A stretch of DNA of 64,000 nt from an uncultured virus (IMG/VR IMGVR_UViG_643886092_000009) (IMGVR_UViG_643886092_000009), one strand, 5' to 3'. Numbered from the stretch's first letter, positions 19,428-29,354 are shown. Notes: a model not told the origin generated them from the sequence alone. Translations and numbers: made by a program.

Positions 19428-19472
19428 GGAAACATTCAATTTAATCAATAAATCTTAAATAAGCATATAAAC

Positions 19473-19501
19473 AGAAAGACTTCCTAGTGAGGTCTTTCTT
19501 T
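19473..19501 (+). terminator. terminator-like hairpin (family shared with 18184, 20432, 21398)
   Basis: AGAAAGACTTC-CTAGT-GAGGTCTTTCT. Confidence 0.7.
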
Positions 19502-19531
19502 GTATAAATGAAAATAAGGGAGGAAACAGAA

Positions 19532-20419
19532 GTGGGAGTAAACGTAAAATCAATGTGGGTATATAAAGTTATATTAGAAGGTTCGGCTACAGGTGACAAA
19601 CCAAGAGTAGTACATTTAAGAGTAGATAATCAAGCAGAGTTACATAAGTGTTTAAACGAGTATTTTAATGATGAAACAGTAGTAGAGTTTATGCCTTATC
19701 CTTTAGCAGACCCTTCAACAAAAGTATCAAAGATGTTAGATGGGGTATACTATGAAATTTTAGCAGAAAACAAGGTCATTCAGCAAGGAGACTCTGTAAA
19801 CGATACAGAAATTTTCATCAAACATGGAGATTGGATGGAGTGTTATATTCGTGGTTACGATTTTGACAATTTTGAATGGAAACACGTATTCCACATCAAA
19901 GACTTCATCAAACTAGCTTCTGAACAAGGTGATTTAGATATAGAAGACTTCCAATACGAAGATTTAGACTTACGTTTATTAGAGAACTTATCTTCTATTG
20001 TATTTGAGTATCTCGCAAGTGGGGTAGAACTAGATGGTAAAGTAGAGAAGGTTGCAAGAAGTATTAATGAAAACCCAATTACACCTTTAGACTTCAAATT
20101 CTCTGATATGGAGGAAAGAGAAGAATATACAGTATATTCAAAGGGTGGAACTGGTAAGTCGTATACTACGTTTATGAAAGATGAAGATAAAGTATTAGTT
20201 ACATTAGACGGTACAGGATACAAAGAAAAGAAAATGTATGAATTAGACTTAAAAGGTTCAATTGAAAAACTACAAGCAATTAAGGTACGTTCAGAAGATT
20301 TCAATTTAGAAAATGAAACACTAGCTGAACTAGAAGGTTTATTTTGGAGTATGGTTGCGTTAGGGTATGGTGGTGCAATCGAAAACCCTAATTATACGCA
20401 ATTTGTAAAACGAGTATAA
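19532..20419 (+). CDS. mosaic-family protein (A'-B-B)
   Basis: GTG 19532 behind GGGAGG; VSKMLDGVYYE...KHGDW; FSDMEEREEY. Confidence 0.75.
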   Translation: MGVNVKSMWVYKVILEGSATGDKPRVVHLRVDNQAELHKCLNEYFNDETVVEFMPYPLADPSTKVSKMLDGVYYEILAENKVIQQGDSVNDTEIFIKHGDWMECYIRGYDFDNFEWKHVFHIKDFIKLASEQGDLDIEDFQYEDLDLRLLENLSSIVFEYLASGVELDGKVEKVARSINENPITPLDFKFSDMEEREEYTVYSKGGTGKSYTTFMKDEDKVLVTLDGTGYKEKKMYELDLKGSIEKLQAIKVRSEDFNLENETLAELEGLFWSMVALGYGGAIENPNYTQFVKRV

Positions 20420-20431
20420 TACATGTAAACG

Positions 20432-20461
20432 AAAAGGCTTCCTAGTGAGGTCTTTTTTTTT
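20432..20461 (+). terminator. intrinsic terminator
   Basis: AAAAGGCTTC-CTAGT-GAGGTCTTTTTTT. Confidence 0.8.
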
Positions 20462-20476
20462 ATGAATAAACCATAT

Positions 20477-20505
20477 TTGACAAATTATTAAACTTATGAT
20501 ATAAT
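20477..20505 (+). promoter_or_regulatory. sigma-A promoter
   Basis: TTGACA-17bp-TATAAT. Confidence 0.9.
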
Positions 20506-20541
20506 AAATATAAGTTAATGAAAAGAAAGAGGTTTATACAT

Positions 20542-21396
20542 ATGGTTACGAAGCAAACATATAAGGTAGTATTAAAAGACAGAGATTCAGAAAGAATGTT
20601 ATTAGTAGAAGGTAATGTAAATACAATTAAAGATAGTGAAACAATTAGTAGAATCAAAGAACTTTCAAAGGTACAAGAAGCAGACCGAAATATGAAAGTA
20701 ACAGATATGGTATCAAACCGTAAATATACTTTTATTTTAGATAATGGAACACAAAAAGACTTAGGTATTCTACGTGAACATAAAGGTAGATATCAATTTG
20801 AATTAAAACTTACTTCACCTGATTGTCCAGTCATTAAACTAGAATTTGATAAAGACAAGTTCCAACAAAGATTATACGATTTAGAGATTGTAGACGGATT
20901 GGTAGATTCAGAAGATATGACAATGCAAAACCTGTTAATCTTGGCTCTTACGTCGTACATGGGGTATGCAAACAAGATTGAATTAGGTGATGTATCAGAT
21001 ATTTCTCGTGTTATTCTGTTTGATGTTACGTTTGAAGGTAGTATGAAACTAGAACATGTACAAGACGGTGTTGAGTATACAATTGTAGCTGATAAAGACG
21101 CACATCATGAGTATGTAACCATTGCAAAAGAGTTTGGTGTTATTACCGCTATCTTAGACGGAGAGAATTGTGAGAAGAAAGAAATCTTCACATTCCACAT
21201 TTGGGAAGCACTAAACGTATTAAAAGAGTTAACACTTTACGATAAAGGGTATGATTTTGAAGGTCGTACCTTAAAAGACTTGGAATTATTAATCTCTAAA
21301 TTATTTGGCTTCTATCAAGACCCTATGTTTAAGGATGTATTTAAGAAGGTATTCATTGAGTCCCAAGAAGGGGTAGAAGAAACAGAAGAAGTGTAA
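20542..21396 (+). CDS. mosaic-family protein (B-B)
   Basis: ATG 20542 behind AGAGGT; VTDMVSNRKY, LEHVQDGVEYTIVAD. Confidence 0.7.
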   Translation: MVTKQTYKVVLKDRDSERMLLVEGNVNTIKDSETISRIKELSKVQEADRNMKVTDMVSNRKYTFILDNGTQKDLGILREHKGRYQFELKLTSPDCPVIKLEFDKDKFQQRLYDLEIVDGLVDSEDMTMQNLLILALTSYMGYANKIELGDVSDISRVILFDVTFEGSMKLEHVQDGVEYTIVADKDAHHEYVTIAKEFGVITAILDGENCEKKEIFTFHIWEALNVLKELTLYDKGYDFEGRTLKDLELLISKLFGFYQDPMFKDVFKKVFIESQEGVEETEEV

Positions 21397-21397
21397 A

Positions 21398-21425
21398 AGG
21401 AGACCTCTATAATGGAGGTCTTTTT
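21398..21425 (+). terminator. intrinsic terminator
   Basis: AGGAGACCTCT...GGAGGTCTTTTT. Confidence 0.75.
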
Positions 21426-21468
21426 CTTATGTAAATTTATAAAACAAGATTAAAAGTATGAAACACCA

Positions 21469-21497
21469 TTGACAAATGTAAGAACTTATGGTATAAT
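21469..21497 (+). promoter_or_regulatory. sigma-A promoter
   Basis: TTGACA-17bp-TATAAT. Confidence 0.9.
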
Positions 21498-21567
21498 ATA
21501 GGTATAGATAAAGAGAAAATATAAGGTTAAGAGTAGAAAATTAAACAAGATAAAGGAGATAAGTATT

Positions 21568-22746
21568 ATGTTTAAATCATTTAACAATAAAGGTTTTGAG
21601 TTAAACTTTACAAATGGTGTATCAATCAGTGTACAGTGGGGTTATTCAAACTACTGTTCAATTCGTGACTTAGATAGAAAACACGATGATTCAATGCAAG
21701 TGGCGGAGCATAAATCAGAAACAGCAGAAATTGAAATCCTACATGGTAAGAAGAACTTATCAGAAGAGTTTGCAGAACATCGTAAAGTATCAACTGACGG
21801 TCATGTTATTGGTTGGTTAAGTAGTGATGTAGTAGCAGACGCTATTGAATGGGCGAAGAACTATAATACTGGCGAAAATCCTGTAAAAGATTTAATTGAA
21901 GAAACAGCTTGGGCTTACCAAAGTGGAGCAAGAACAGATAGTTTTATGAAAGAAACTGAGAGATTATCTGAAAAGAGATTAGCTTCTTATAAGAAACAAG
22001 ATGATGAAATAACTAATAATTTATATAAGCAGATTACGGAAATAGGAAAAGAATTTGCAAACAGAGGTGTATCAACTCACGAAGTACATATTGGTAAAAG
22101 TGAAACTGAGCCTGTTATTGAAGAGTTTCTTGGAGGTTCTAGCAAAACTTTAAAAGAAATGAGTCGTAAAATGTTAGAAGGTGGTCGTAAAGTATTAGAA
22201 GATAGAATACGTGGAGAAGAAGGAACGGTACGATTCATTGGGGTAATTAACCGTAATGATAAAAGTAACTTAGAAGAATATGAAGGAGACGAGTTAGTAT
22301 TTGGAAAAACGATAAAAGGAATTGCTACAGGAGAGCGTAAATTTAAATCAGAACTAAGAACATTAGACCCAACTTTATATTCAACAGAAAACCCATTAGA
22401 ACTAAAGTACTATTATGATTACTCAACTTTTCCAACTCATGGTTATATTATTTTAGGTGAATATTATCAAAACAAAGATAATCCTATTGCAATCCTAGAC
22501 TTTAAATTAGAAGAAAATAATTCAGTTGGAACATTAAGTCTAACGGATGTAAATAAACAGAAACGTTATGAATTCCAAGTTAACTTAGATTCTGATGTAC
22601 GGTTAATCATTTCTAAAATTGAATTTATTGGTTATGATTTACTTGTGTATGTAAACGTAGAGGGTAAAGAAGAAGACGAGAAGGTAGTCTTTCCTTTAGA
22701 TACAAAGACAATTAAACGCATTCTAACTTATAAGATAACGGATTAA
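21568..22746 (+). CDS. multidomain hypothetical protein; C-term paralogous to the next two genes
   Basis: N-term FTNGVSISVQ...YC...VIGWLS; C-term GTLSLTD...RYEF. Confidence 0.75.
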   Translation: MFKSFNNKGFELNFTNGVSISVQWGYSNYCSIRDLDRKHDDSMQVAEHKSETAEIEILHGKKNLSEEFAEHRKVSTDGHVIGWLSSDVVADAIEWAKNYNTGENPVKDLIEETAWAYQSGARTDSFMKETERLSEKRLASYKKQDDEITNNLYKQITEIGKEFANRGVSTHEVHIGKSETEPVIEEFLGGSSKTLKEMSRKMLEGGRKVLEDRIRGEEGTVRFIGVINRNDKSNLEEYEGDELVFGKTIKGIATGERKFKSELRTLDPTLYSTENPLELKYYYDYSTFPTHGYIILGEYYQNKDNPIAILDFKLEENNSVGTLSLTDVNKQKRYEFQVNLDSDVRLIISKIEFIGYDLLVYVNVEGKEEDEKVVFPLDTKTIKRILTYKITD

Positions 22747-22770
22747 TAATCGAAGGAGAAAGGGGTAGTT

Positions 22771-23181
22771 ATGATGAAGACGGTAACTCGTAAGAAAACA
22801 GACAGATTAAGCGTTGTAAGAACTAAGAAACAAGTAAGTGCAATTCCAATTGAGTTTGAATTTCGTAATACAGACGAAGAGGATTTCGGTACAATCTTTA
22901 TAGACGGGGTAGTTGTATTTAGGTTTAATAAGACGAATGCTAGAATGAACCCTCAAAAATTCAGTAACGGAAAACTTTCTTTTACAGATAGTAAATTTAG
23001 AGACGAGTATCATTTTAATTTCAATACAATAAGTGAAGTAAAAGACCTAGTAAAAGGTATCGGTTTAACAGAAAATAAACTTATCGTACAAGTGCATGAC
23101 CAGTATCAAGAACGTAAACTACAACTTGTGTATGTTGCTCCTTCATGGTTGATTCAACGAGAGAAGGAACGAATGAAATAA
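22771..23181 (+). CDS. hypothetical protein (paralog of 23330)
   Basis: DFGTIFI...NGKLSFTDS...APSWL. Confidence 0.75.
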   Translation: MMKTVTRKKTDRLSVVRTKKQVSAIPIEFEFRNTDEEDFGTIFIDGVVVFRFNKTNARMNPQKFSNGKLSFTDSKFRDEYHFNFNTISEVKDLVKGIGLTENKLIVQVHDQYQERKLQLVYVAPSWLIQREKERMK

Positions 23182-23329
23182 ACTAGAAATAAACTACCTG
23201 TAGAAGACGAAAGGAAACAGTCTATACAGGTAGTTATATGTAGTTAAACAAGAGGTCAAAAGTAGCAAGAAACGGAGTATAAAACGTATTATTAAATCTA
23301 GATGCGAAGTAAAAGGGGAGACTAGCAAG

Positions 23330-23722
23330 ATGTTTTCAAGTAGAAGTAATGTTTTTCATTTGAACTCTGTAAAATTTGAAGAAACTAAGAGAGTAATCCA
23401 GTTACCGTTCGAATACATAAGAGAAAATGAAAATGATTTTGGAACTGTTATGATACATGGGGAGAAACTATTCGTATTCAAAGATGTACACGAAACATTA
23501 ACACCTAGTACATTTGAAAACGGTAGATTAGCATTAAAAGACTCTAATCTGAAAACAAGAGAATACTTTACATTTCCTACAATGTTAGACGTGCGTAATG
23601 CAGTAGAGGAAGTAGTATTAGAGGATAACCGTTTAGTAGTCACAATAAACGATGTAGCTTACAAGCGTAAACTAAAAGTATCCGTGTTTGCACCTGATTG
23701 GTTGGTAGAAAAGTATAATTAA
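23330..23722 (+). CDS. hypothetical protein (paralog of 22771)
   Basis: DFGTVMI...NGRLALKDS...APDWL. Confidence 0.75.
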   Translation: MFSSRSNVFHLNSVKFEETKRVIQLPFEYIRENENDFGTVMIHGEKLFVFKDVHETLTPSTFENGRLALKDSNLKTREYFTFPTMLDVRNAVEEVVLEDNRLVVTINDVAYKRKLKVSVFAPDWLVEKYN

Positions 23723-23734
23723 GGTGGGGTTATA

Positions 23735-24010
23735 TTGAATAAAACGGATAAAGATTTAAGGGAAGACATAAAGAAAGTAGTAAGTGAACAAGGATTTGTA
23801 AACTTCCAAACACTAGAGATAGTTGGCGTATTAATGGCTGAACGTGTAAAACGTGGGCTATCACAAAGGGAGTTATCAAAGCTATCAGGGGTAGCACAAA
23901 AGACTATTTCTCATATTGAGAGTGGAGAAGATATTCCATCCATTGAAACAGTAGTAAAATTAGCTAAACACTTAGGTTACGAATTAAAAATATCATTAGA
24001 GAAAATATAA
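23735..24010 (+). CDS. XRE/Cro-C1 family HTH regulator
   Basis: RVKRGLSQRELSKLSGVAQKTISHIESGEDIPSIETVVKLAKHLG. Confidence 0.9.
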   Translation: MNKTDKDLREDIKKVVSEQGFVNFQTLEIVGVLMAERVKRGLSQRELSKLSGVAQKTISHIESGEDIPSIETVVKLAKHLGYELKISLEKI

Positions 24011-24032
24011 ACCAGTACATAGGAGGTAAGAC

Positions 24033-24206
24033 ATGGAATCATCAGTAGTATTTCTATTACTCGGTTTAGGGGTAGTTGGACTTATTTTTATTGTATTAGA
24101 CATAGTAACGAGACTAAGAGGGTTTGGATTGGGTTGTTTAGGTGCGATTGGTTGGGGACTATTAGCCTTTACACTAGTTATGACAATTCTATTCGCAACT
24201 ATCTAA
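24033..24206 (+). CDS. 57-aa two-TM membrane microprotein (not in ORF track)
   Basis: AGGAGG RBS; MESSVVFLLLGLGVVGLIF...LFATI*. Confidence 0.75.
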   Translation: MESSVVFLLLGLGVVGLIFIVLDIVTRLRGFGLGCLGAIGWGLLAFTLVMTILFATI

Positions 24207-24221
24207 TATAGGAGGATAAAC

Positions 24222-24473
24222 ATGATATTCGGAAGCTTTGCAGATAACTTTTGGGGTTATGTTGTACCTGCCTGTATTACTTACGCAGGGGTAAACAATA
24301 AAGACTTTGTATTCAAAGATGAAAAGTACAGCAAAGGTATGTTGAAACGAGAGTGGGTATTTGTACTAATGCCTTATATAAACATGGTAGGTGCGTTATT
24401 CGTAACTTGTATGATGGTGTTACGTATTATCTTTTGGTTTATGAAAGGGTTCTTAGACAACGATAAAGACTAG
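24222..24473 (+). CDS. small membrane protein
   Basis: GGAGG RBS; hydrophobic segments. Confidence 0.7.
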   Translation: MIFGSFADNFWGYVVPACITYAGVNNKDFVFKDEKYSKGMLKREWVFVLMPYINMVGALFVTCMMVLRIIFWFMKGFLDNDKD

Positions 24474-24585
24474 AAGTAAGCAATCAAACAAGAATATAGA
24501 AGTATGAGGTTATTTCTATAATAAAGAGAAACTATAAATAAGTATAAATAAGATAGAGTAAACGAGTGAAAGAAGGGAATATAAA

Positions 24586-25791
24586 GTGGATAAAAAGACA
24601 TTGCAAGAAACTTTACAAAACTACGGTCGTGCTTTAGCAGACCACATGTTGCCCTTAACATTTATTGTAGGAGAAGAAATGGAGTTTGGTCGTCAAGACT
24701 TACTTAACAATTCTGAACCAGGAAACATGTTAAGAGACATCCTAACTGAGAATGCAAAAACGGCTTTTGGTATGCAAGATAGTAGTCAAGTTACAGACTT
24801 ACTAATTGTATACTACTTAATGTTAAATACATCAATCTTAGTAGAGCATACAACACATACACATAAGGGAGGTACATATCAACCTGATGTAGACCGTGGA
24901 GTATTTACGTTAGACAGGGAAGAAATTGAGTATATGTATAATACGCATGGGGTAGAGACACCTGAGAAAGTGTATAAAGACTTACAACGTGTATCAGAAT
25001 CTATTGCAGAACATTATACAACAAATAAAATCAAAGGTTTGAAGCTAGACTTTAGGAAAGCAAAGGTAGTCAATCCAAGGTCACTCATGAGTTTTGATGA
25101 TGGAATACACGTCATTCCAGTTGATGTAATAGTGGGGTATCTACAAGGTTTGCGTGAACATGCAAAAACAGGTATACTAAAGATAACATACAAGCGTGTA
25201 AATCAAGTAGACCGTACACAATACGTTACATTAAATAAAGAAGCAATTAACGATGTGTATAAAGAAGACTTAATGTTTGCCGATACCTTCTATGAAGTAT
25301 CCAATCCAAAGTCCTATCAGTATCACGGACAGCCTTGTCATGCTGAAACGCATAGTGGATTTTGGAAAGTCGGTGATTTAGGAATTTCAAGATTCGAATT
25401 CCAAGCAAGCAGACAGGTTTCCTTAGCAAGAATTACAGAAGTTAAGTTAGCAACTCGTAGTGAATACGAAGGATTAAAGAAATATGTAAATGTAGACTTA
25501 GAAGGGGTAGAAGAAGCATTCGGTCATTATGTTTGTCAGTTAGATGAAGAACAAACAAAAGAAGTAAAGAACCATTTAAATGCTCCTGAAACAGTAGATG
25601 TTTTACATTATGTTAATGGGCAAATTGCTATATTTACTACAACCTATCGTAAAAGACTACATGATTATATGGTAATGAACCAAGAACATTTTACTGGATA
25701 TACAGGAATCAAGACTGATATTTATGGTCAATCGAAAGAATTCAGTGGTAAAGATGTAGCATTTGGTCAGACAGAGCATATGGATTTTTAA
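24586..25791 (+). CDS. hypothetical protein with possible WYL_2/Sm-like SH3-fold domain
   Basis: ILKITYKRVNQVDRTQYVTLN...WKVGDL...RQVSLARITEV. Confidence 0.6.
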   Translation: MDKKTLQETLQNYGRALADHMLPLTFIVGEEMEFGRQDLLNNSEPGNMLRDILTENAKTAFGMQDSSQVTDLLIVYYLMLNTSILVEHTTHTHKGGTYQPDVDRGVFTLDREEIEYMYNTHGVETPEKVYKDLQRVSESIAEHYTTNKIKGLKLDFRKAKVVNPRSLMSFDDGIHVIPVDVIVGYLQGLREHAKTGILKITYKRVNQVDRTQYVTLNKEAINDVYKEDLMFADTFYEVSNPKSYQYHGQPCHAETHSGFWKVGDLGISRFEFQASRQVSLARITEVKLATRSEYEGLKKYVNVDLEGVEEAFGHYVCQLDEEQTKEVKNHLNAPETVDVLHYVNGQIAIFTTTYRKRLHDYMVMNQEHFTGYTGIKTDIYGQSKEFSGKDVAFGQTEHMDF

Positions 25792-25808
25792 ACATATCAA
25801 TATGAGTT

Positions 25809-25861
25809 AATATTATTACTCCTATAGTCAGACATAGATATATAGGAGTAGTAATATTTTT
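25809..25861. terminator. long hairpin, possibly a bidirectional terminator
   Basis: AATATTATTACTCCTATA...TATAGGAGTAGTAATATT. Confidence 0.65.
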
Positions 25862-25902
25862 GTATATAGTTTGTAATTTTTGAAAGGAGGTTTGTAACGA
25901 GT

Positions 25903-27336
25903 TTGAGTGAGGTAAAGTATAGGGAGTACATCGAAAACCTACTATTAAGATTAAGTCGTAATGGAATATCAATACCAACCGAGTTTTCTTCCTTTAATGA
26001 AATCGTTTGGGGTATCGGTTCGTTATACGAGATTGATAGACTATTAGATTTAGGAGATAGTAGAGTACGGATAGATGCTTCCATATCACATAAAACACAT
26101 AACCAACTTCTAAAAGAGCAAGCTATAGATGAATACAATAAAGAGTATCAGACTAGAGTTAATGAATTGTATGAACGTCAAGTCAAAGACAAGGTAAGTC
26201 AGATACAAGAACCTGTAGAAGTCGAAGAAGTTGAGTCAGAAGAAGCTTCTAAGTACCGTAATCAGTTCTTAAACCAGTTAGTACAAGCCCAAGGGGTAGT
26301 AAAAGTTGAAAGTGAAACAGATGAAGACATTATCGAAGACGATGATTTAGAAGAGGAAGACGAAGATATCATTGAAGAAGAGGAAGAAGAACTTCTAGAC
26401 GATGATATTGAGGATGACGATGAAGAATTAGAAGACGAAGATGATGAGGAAATCATAGAGGATGAAGATGAAACAGAATATGAAGAAGTTCAAAACGTAT
26501 CTGTACCTTCATTTAATTTAAACTTTAATAACCCTAATCAAGATTCAGAAGATGAAGACGAAGAGAAAGAACTTCTAGACGATGATGATGAAGAACTCAT
26601 TGATGAAGATGAGGACGAAGAATTCATTGAAGACGAGGAAGACGAACTTGAGGATGAATCAGAAGAAGACTTTGATGATGAGGATGAGGAACTGGAAGAT
26701 GATGAGGAAGAACTTCTAGATGATGATGATGAAGAGTTTGACGATGATGAAGACTTTGAAGGTGGTGAGGAAGACGAAGAAGAACTCGAAGATGATGATG
26801 ACTTCCTTAACGATGAAGACGAGGAAGAGGAAGAGTTTCTAGATGATGATGATGAAGACGAAGAACTCCTTGATGAAGACGATGAAGAACTCGATGATGA
26901 CGAAGATGAGTTCGAAGACGAAGACGAGGAATTTGACGATGATGATTTCGAAGAACTAGAAGATGAAGAGGAAGACGATGAGGAATTGGATGATGACGAG
27001 GAAGAAGAATTAGACGAGGAAGATGAAGACGACTTTGATGAAGAAGACGAAGAAGAGTATGAAGAGGAATATGAGGAAGAAGACGATATTCCAGTTCAAC
27101 AAAACGTATCTTCTACTGTATCAACCAATACATATCAAGGTATATCAAATCAACCTATCATGCAGACTCCAATGTCACAAATGCCAGTAAATCCTCCAAT
27201 TGACCCAAAACTTGCTGAAAAACGTAAGAAATTACAGCAAGACCCTGATGATGCCATGATGGATAATATGGAAAAGGGTGTTACGTGGGGTATCAATAAG
27301 TTAAAATCAGCTTTTACTTCTGAGAAAAAGAAGTAA
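25903..27336 (+). CDS. extremely acidic low-complexity protein
   Basis: ~260-aa D/E-dominated tract; AAAGGAGG RBS. Confidence 0.8.
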   Translation: MSEVKYREYIENLLLRLSRNGISIPTEFSSFNEIVWGIGSLYEIDRLLDLGDSRVRIDASISHKTHNQLLKEQAIDEYNKEYQTRVNELYERQVKDKVSQIQEPVEVEEVESEEASKYRNQFLNQLVQAQGVVKVESETDEDIIEDDDLEEEDEDIIEEEEEELLDDDIEDDDEELEDEDDEEIIEDEDETEYEEVQNVSVPSFNLNFNNPNQDSEDEDEEKELLDDDDEELIDEDEDEEFIEDEEDELEDESEEDFDDEDEELEDDEEELLDDDDEEFDDDEDFEGGEEDEEELEDDDDFLNDEDEEEEEFLDDDDEDEELLDEDDEELDDDEDEFEDEDEEFDDDDFEELEDEEEDDEELDDDEEEELDEEDEDDFDEEDEEEYEEEYEEEDDIPVQQNVSSTVSTNTYQGISNQPIMQTPMSQMPVNPPIDPKLAEKRKKLQQDPDDAMMDNMEKGVTWGINKLKSAFTSEKKK

Positions 27337-27384
27337 ACTGTTAAAATAATAAAATAAACTAATAAAAGAAAAGGTGGAATTTAA

Positions 27385-28359
27385 ATGTTATACACAAAAG
27401 ACCAAATTAATCAATTACTAGGAACTATCGAAAGCCCTGAGGTAGAAGAAGTACTGAATACACACCGTGATGTATTAAAAGCAACTGAAATTGAAAGTGA
27501 AGCACACTTAAAATCAATCGCAGACCGCATTTTAACATTAGGTAAAGGTATCATTGCAGGGGTATTATACAATTGCAGTAAATTAAACTTAAACATGAAA
27601 CGTCCATTATTCCGTGTTTACGCTTCTACAGTAGAAGGAACAGATGTACCAGACATCAAGATGTTATTAACAGACATCCAATCTTGTGATTTCCGTTTCA
27701 AAGAAGAAACTCGTTTAGTACTAGACCATAGATTCGAAGAAAGCTTCCATGAGTTTATGGACAGAGTTGTTCTTAAATATATTTCTTGCTCAATTGCTAA
27801 CGAGCATACAAAAGCACTAAACGAAAAATTAGAAGAAATCAAAGAAGAAATGATTGCAGACGAAGTAGTACCTGCATTTGACATTCAATTCGCTTTACAT
27901 GATAAAGCAGTTAAATCTGTATCTGATAACCACATTGAGTTTGGTACAACTTACGAAGAAATGTTCGAGTTATCTAGCCGAAACTCTAACCTACAAGTAT
28001 TATTCGATGATGCAGAAGATGTAGAATACATTCGCAATGCAACTCTTGAGTCTATCAAAGAAGACTGGGGAACATCAGCTAACGCATTAATCTTTATCCG
28101 TAAACACAATAAATTCTTAATGCCATTAGTTGCTACAAACCCAAATACTCGTAAGACACAACGTCCTGATGTATTATTACGTCATGCATTTACATTAAAA
28201 TTAGATGGTTTAGAACACCGAAACAAAGCAATGGCTCACCACGTAGAAACAGAAGGTGAAACTACTTACATTTCTGTATACGCTAAAGAAGGTAAAGATG
28301 CAGAGCCAGTTCAAACTTTATCACCAGTTGATACAAACACATTAGTATTCAAAGGCTAA
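27385..28359 (+). CDS. hypothetical protein
   Basis: 324-aa ORF, AAGGTGG RBS, high-expression-type codons. Confidence 0.8.
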   Translation: MLYTKDQINQLLGTIESPEVEEVLNTHRDVLKATEIESEAHLKSIADRILTLGKGIIAGVLYNCSKLNLNMKRPLFRVYASTVEGTDVPDIKMLLTDIQSCDFRFKEETRLVLDHRFEESFHEFMDRVVLKYISCSIANEHTKALNEKLEEIKEEMIADEVVPAFDIQFALHDKAVKSVSDNHIEFGTTYEEMFELSSRNSNLQVLFDDAEDVEYIRNATLESIKEDWGTSANALIFIRKHNKFLMPLVATNPNTRKTQRPDVLLRHAFTLKLDGLEHRNKAMAHHVETEGETTYISVYAKEGKDAEPVQTLSPVDTNTLVFKG

Positions 28360-28472
28360 TTAAATAAAAGATTACGAAATAAATCATAGTAATCGTTCAA
28401 ACACACATACAGAACAAACAGGTTGGGGCAAACACACTTCAACCTGTCTTTCATATAAAGGATGGGTAGGAT

Positions 28473-28607
28473 TTGGAAGATTTAAACGAGTTGTTATTAG
28501 GTATTGAGAACTACATGAATGAAAAAGGTTTATCTAAAACTGAAACAACTGTATTCAAATTGCTAGACTTAATTGCAGAAGATGTTATGGAAGAAAATGA
28601 ATTTTAA
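28473..28607 (+). CDS. 44-aa acidic helical microprotein (not in ORF track)
   Basis: TTG start behind a purine-rich RBS; MEDLNELLLGIENYMNEKGLSKTETTVFKLLDLIAEDVMEENEF*. Confidence 0.5.
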   Translation: MEDLNELLLGIENYMNEKGLSKTETTVFKLLDLIAEDVMEENEF

Positions 28608-28655
28608 CTTAGTATTAGAATTGTAAAAAACTGAATAGAAAGAGAAGAGGGTACA

Positions 28656-29354
28656 ATGAATAAGAAACTAGTTGGTATTATCGTATCAGTTATTATTCTA
28701 GTCATTCTCTTGGTTGCGTGGGCATTAGGAGGGGTAAGACTTCAAAAAGATAAGGATGTTAAGGTAATCAGTAATCAAACTGAACAACAGACGAATCAAA
28801 AACAGAAGCAACCTCAACATGAATCTAATGTCTCTACGAATCGAGAAAAACCTAGCCAAGAATCTAGAGAAAATTCTTCTAGGCAGGGTGAAAATGGTCA
28901 TAAACAATCCGAAAATGGAAATAGACCATCTGAAAACCCTAATAGTCAAGAAAAGTCTAAGGGTAACGATATTTCAGAGGTAGTTCCTGATAGCAAAGAG
29001 TATTCTAACTCCGTAGCACAAGGGCAAGACTTGGTTGGAAAAGCAGTAGAAAATAGCCAAGTTGAGCAAGACGGTAATAGAGTCAGCATGAACCCTACTC
29101 AAACTCATTTAGAAGAAAGAGTTTATTCAATTGCAGGGGTAGTAGACCAAGTTGCTCTATACAAGAACTCCGAAGGTACACAAGCACAATACAAATTAGA
29201 TATCAAAGTACAATTAGAAGATAAGACTTTAACATTAGCATACTTTACATCAGCAAACTCTGTTACAAAGTTAAAACAGGGTTCAAAGGTAACTGTAGAG
29301 TATCAGTTAACTAGTGATAAAGCAATGGTAATTAAAAGTTTAAAAGATAGATAA
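28656..29354 (+). CDS. membrane-anchored extracellular protein, polar linker and beta-rich (OB-like) C-domain
   Basis: N-terminal TM; C-term LKQGSKVTVEY. Confidence 0.7.
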   Translation: MNKKLVGIIVSVIILVILLVAWALGGVRLQKDKDVKVISNQTEQQTNQKQKQPQHESNVSTNREKPSQESRENSSRQGENGHKQSENGNRPSENPNSQEKSKGNDISEVVPDSKEYSNSVAQGQDLVGKAVENSQVEQDGNRVSMNPTQTHLEERVYSIAGVVDQVALYKNSEGTQAQYKLDIKVQLEDKTLTLAYFTSANSVTKLKQGSKVTVEYQLTSDKAMVIKSLKDR

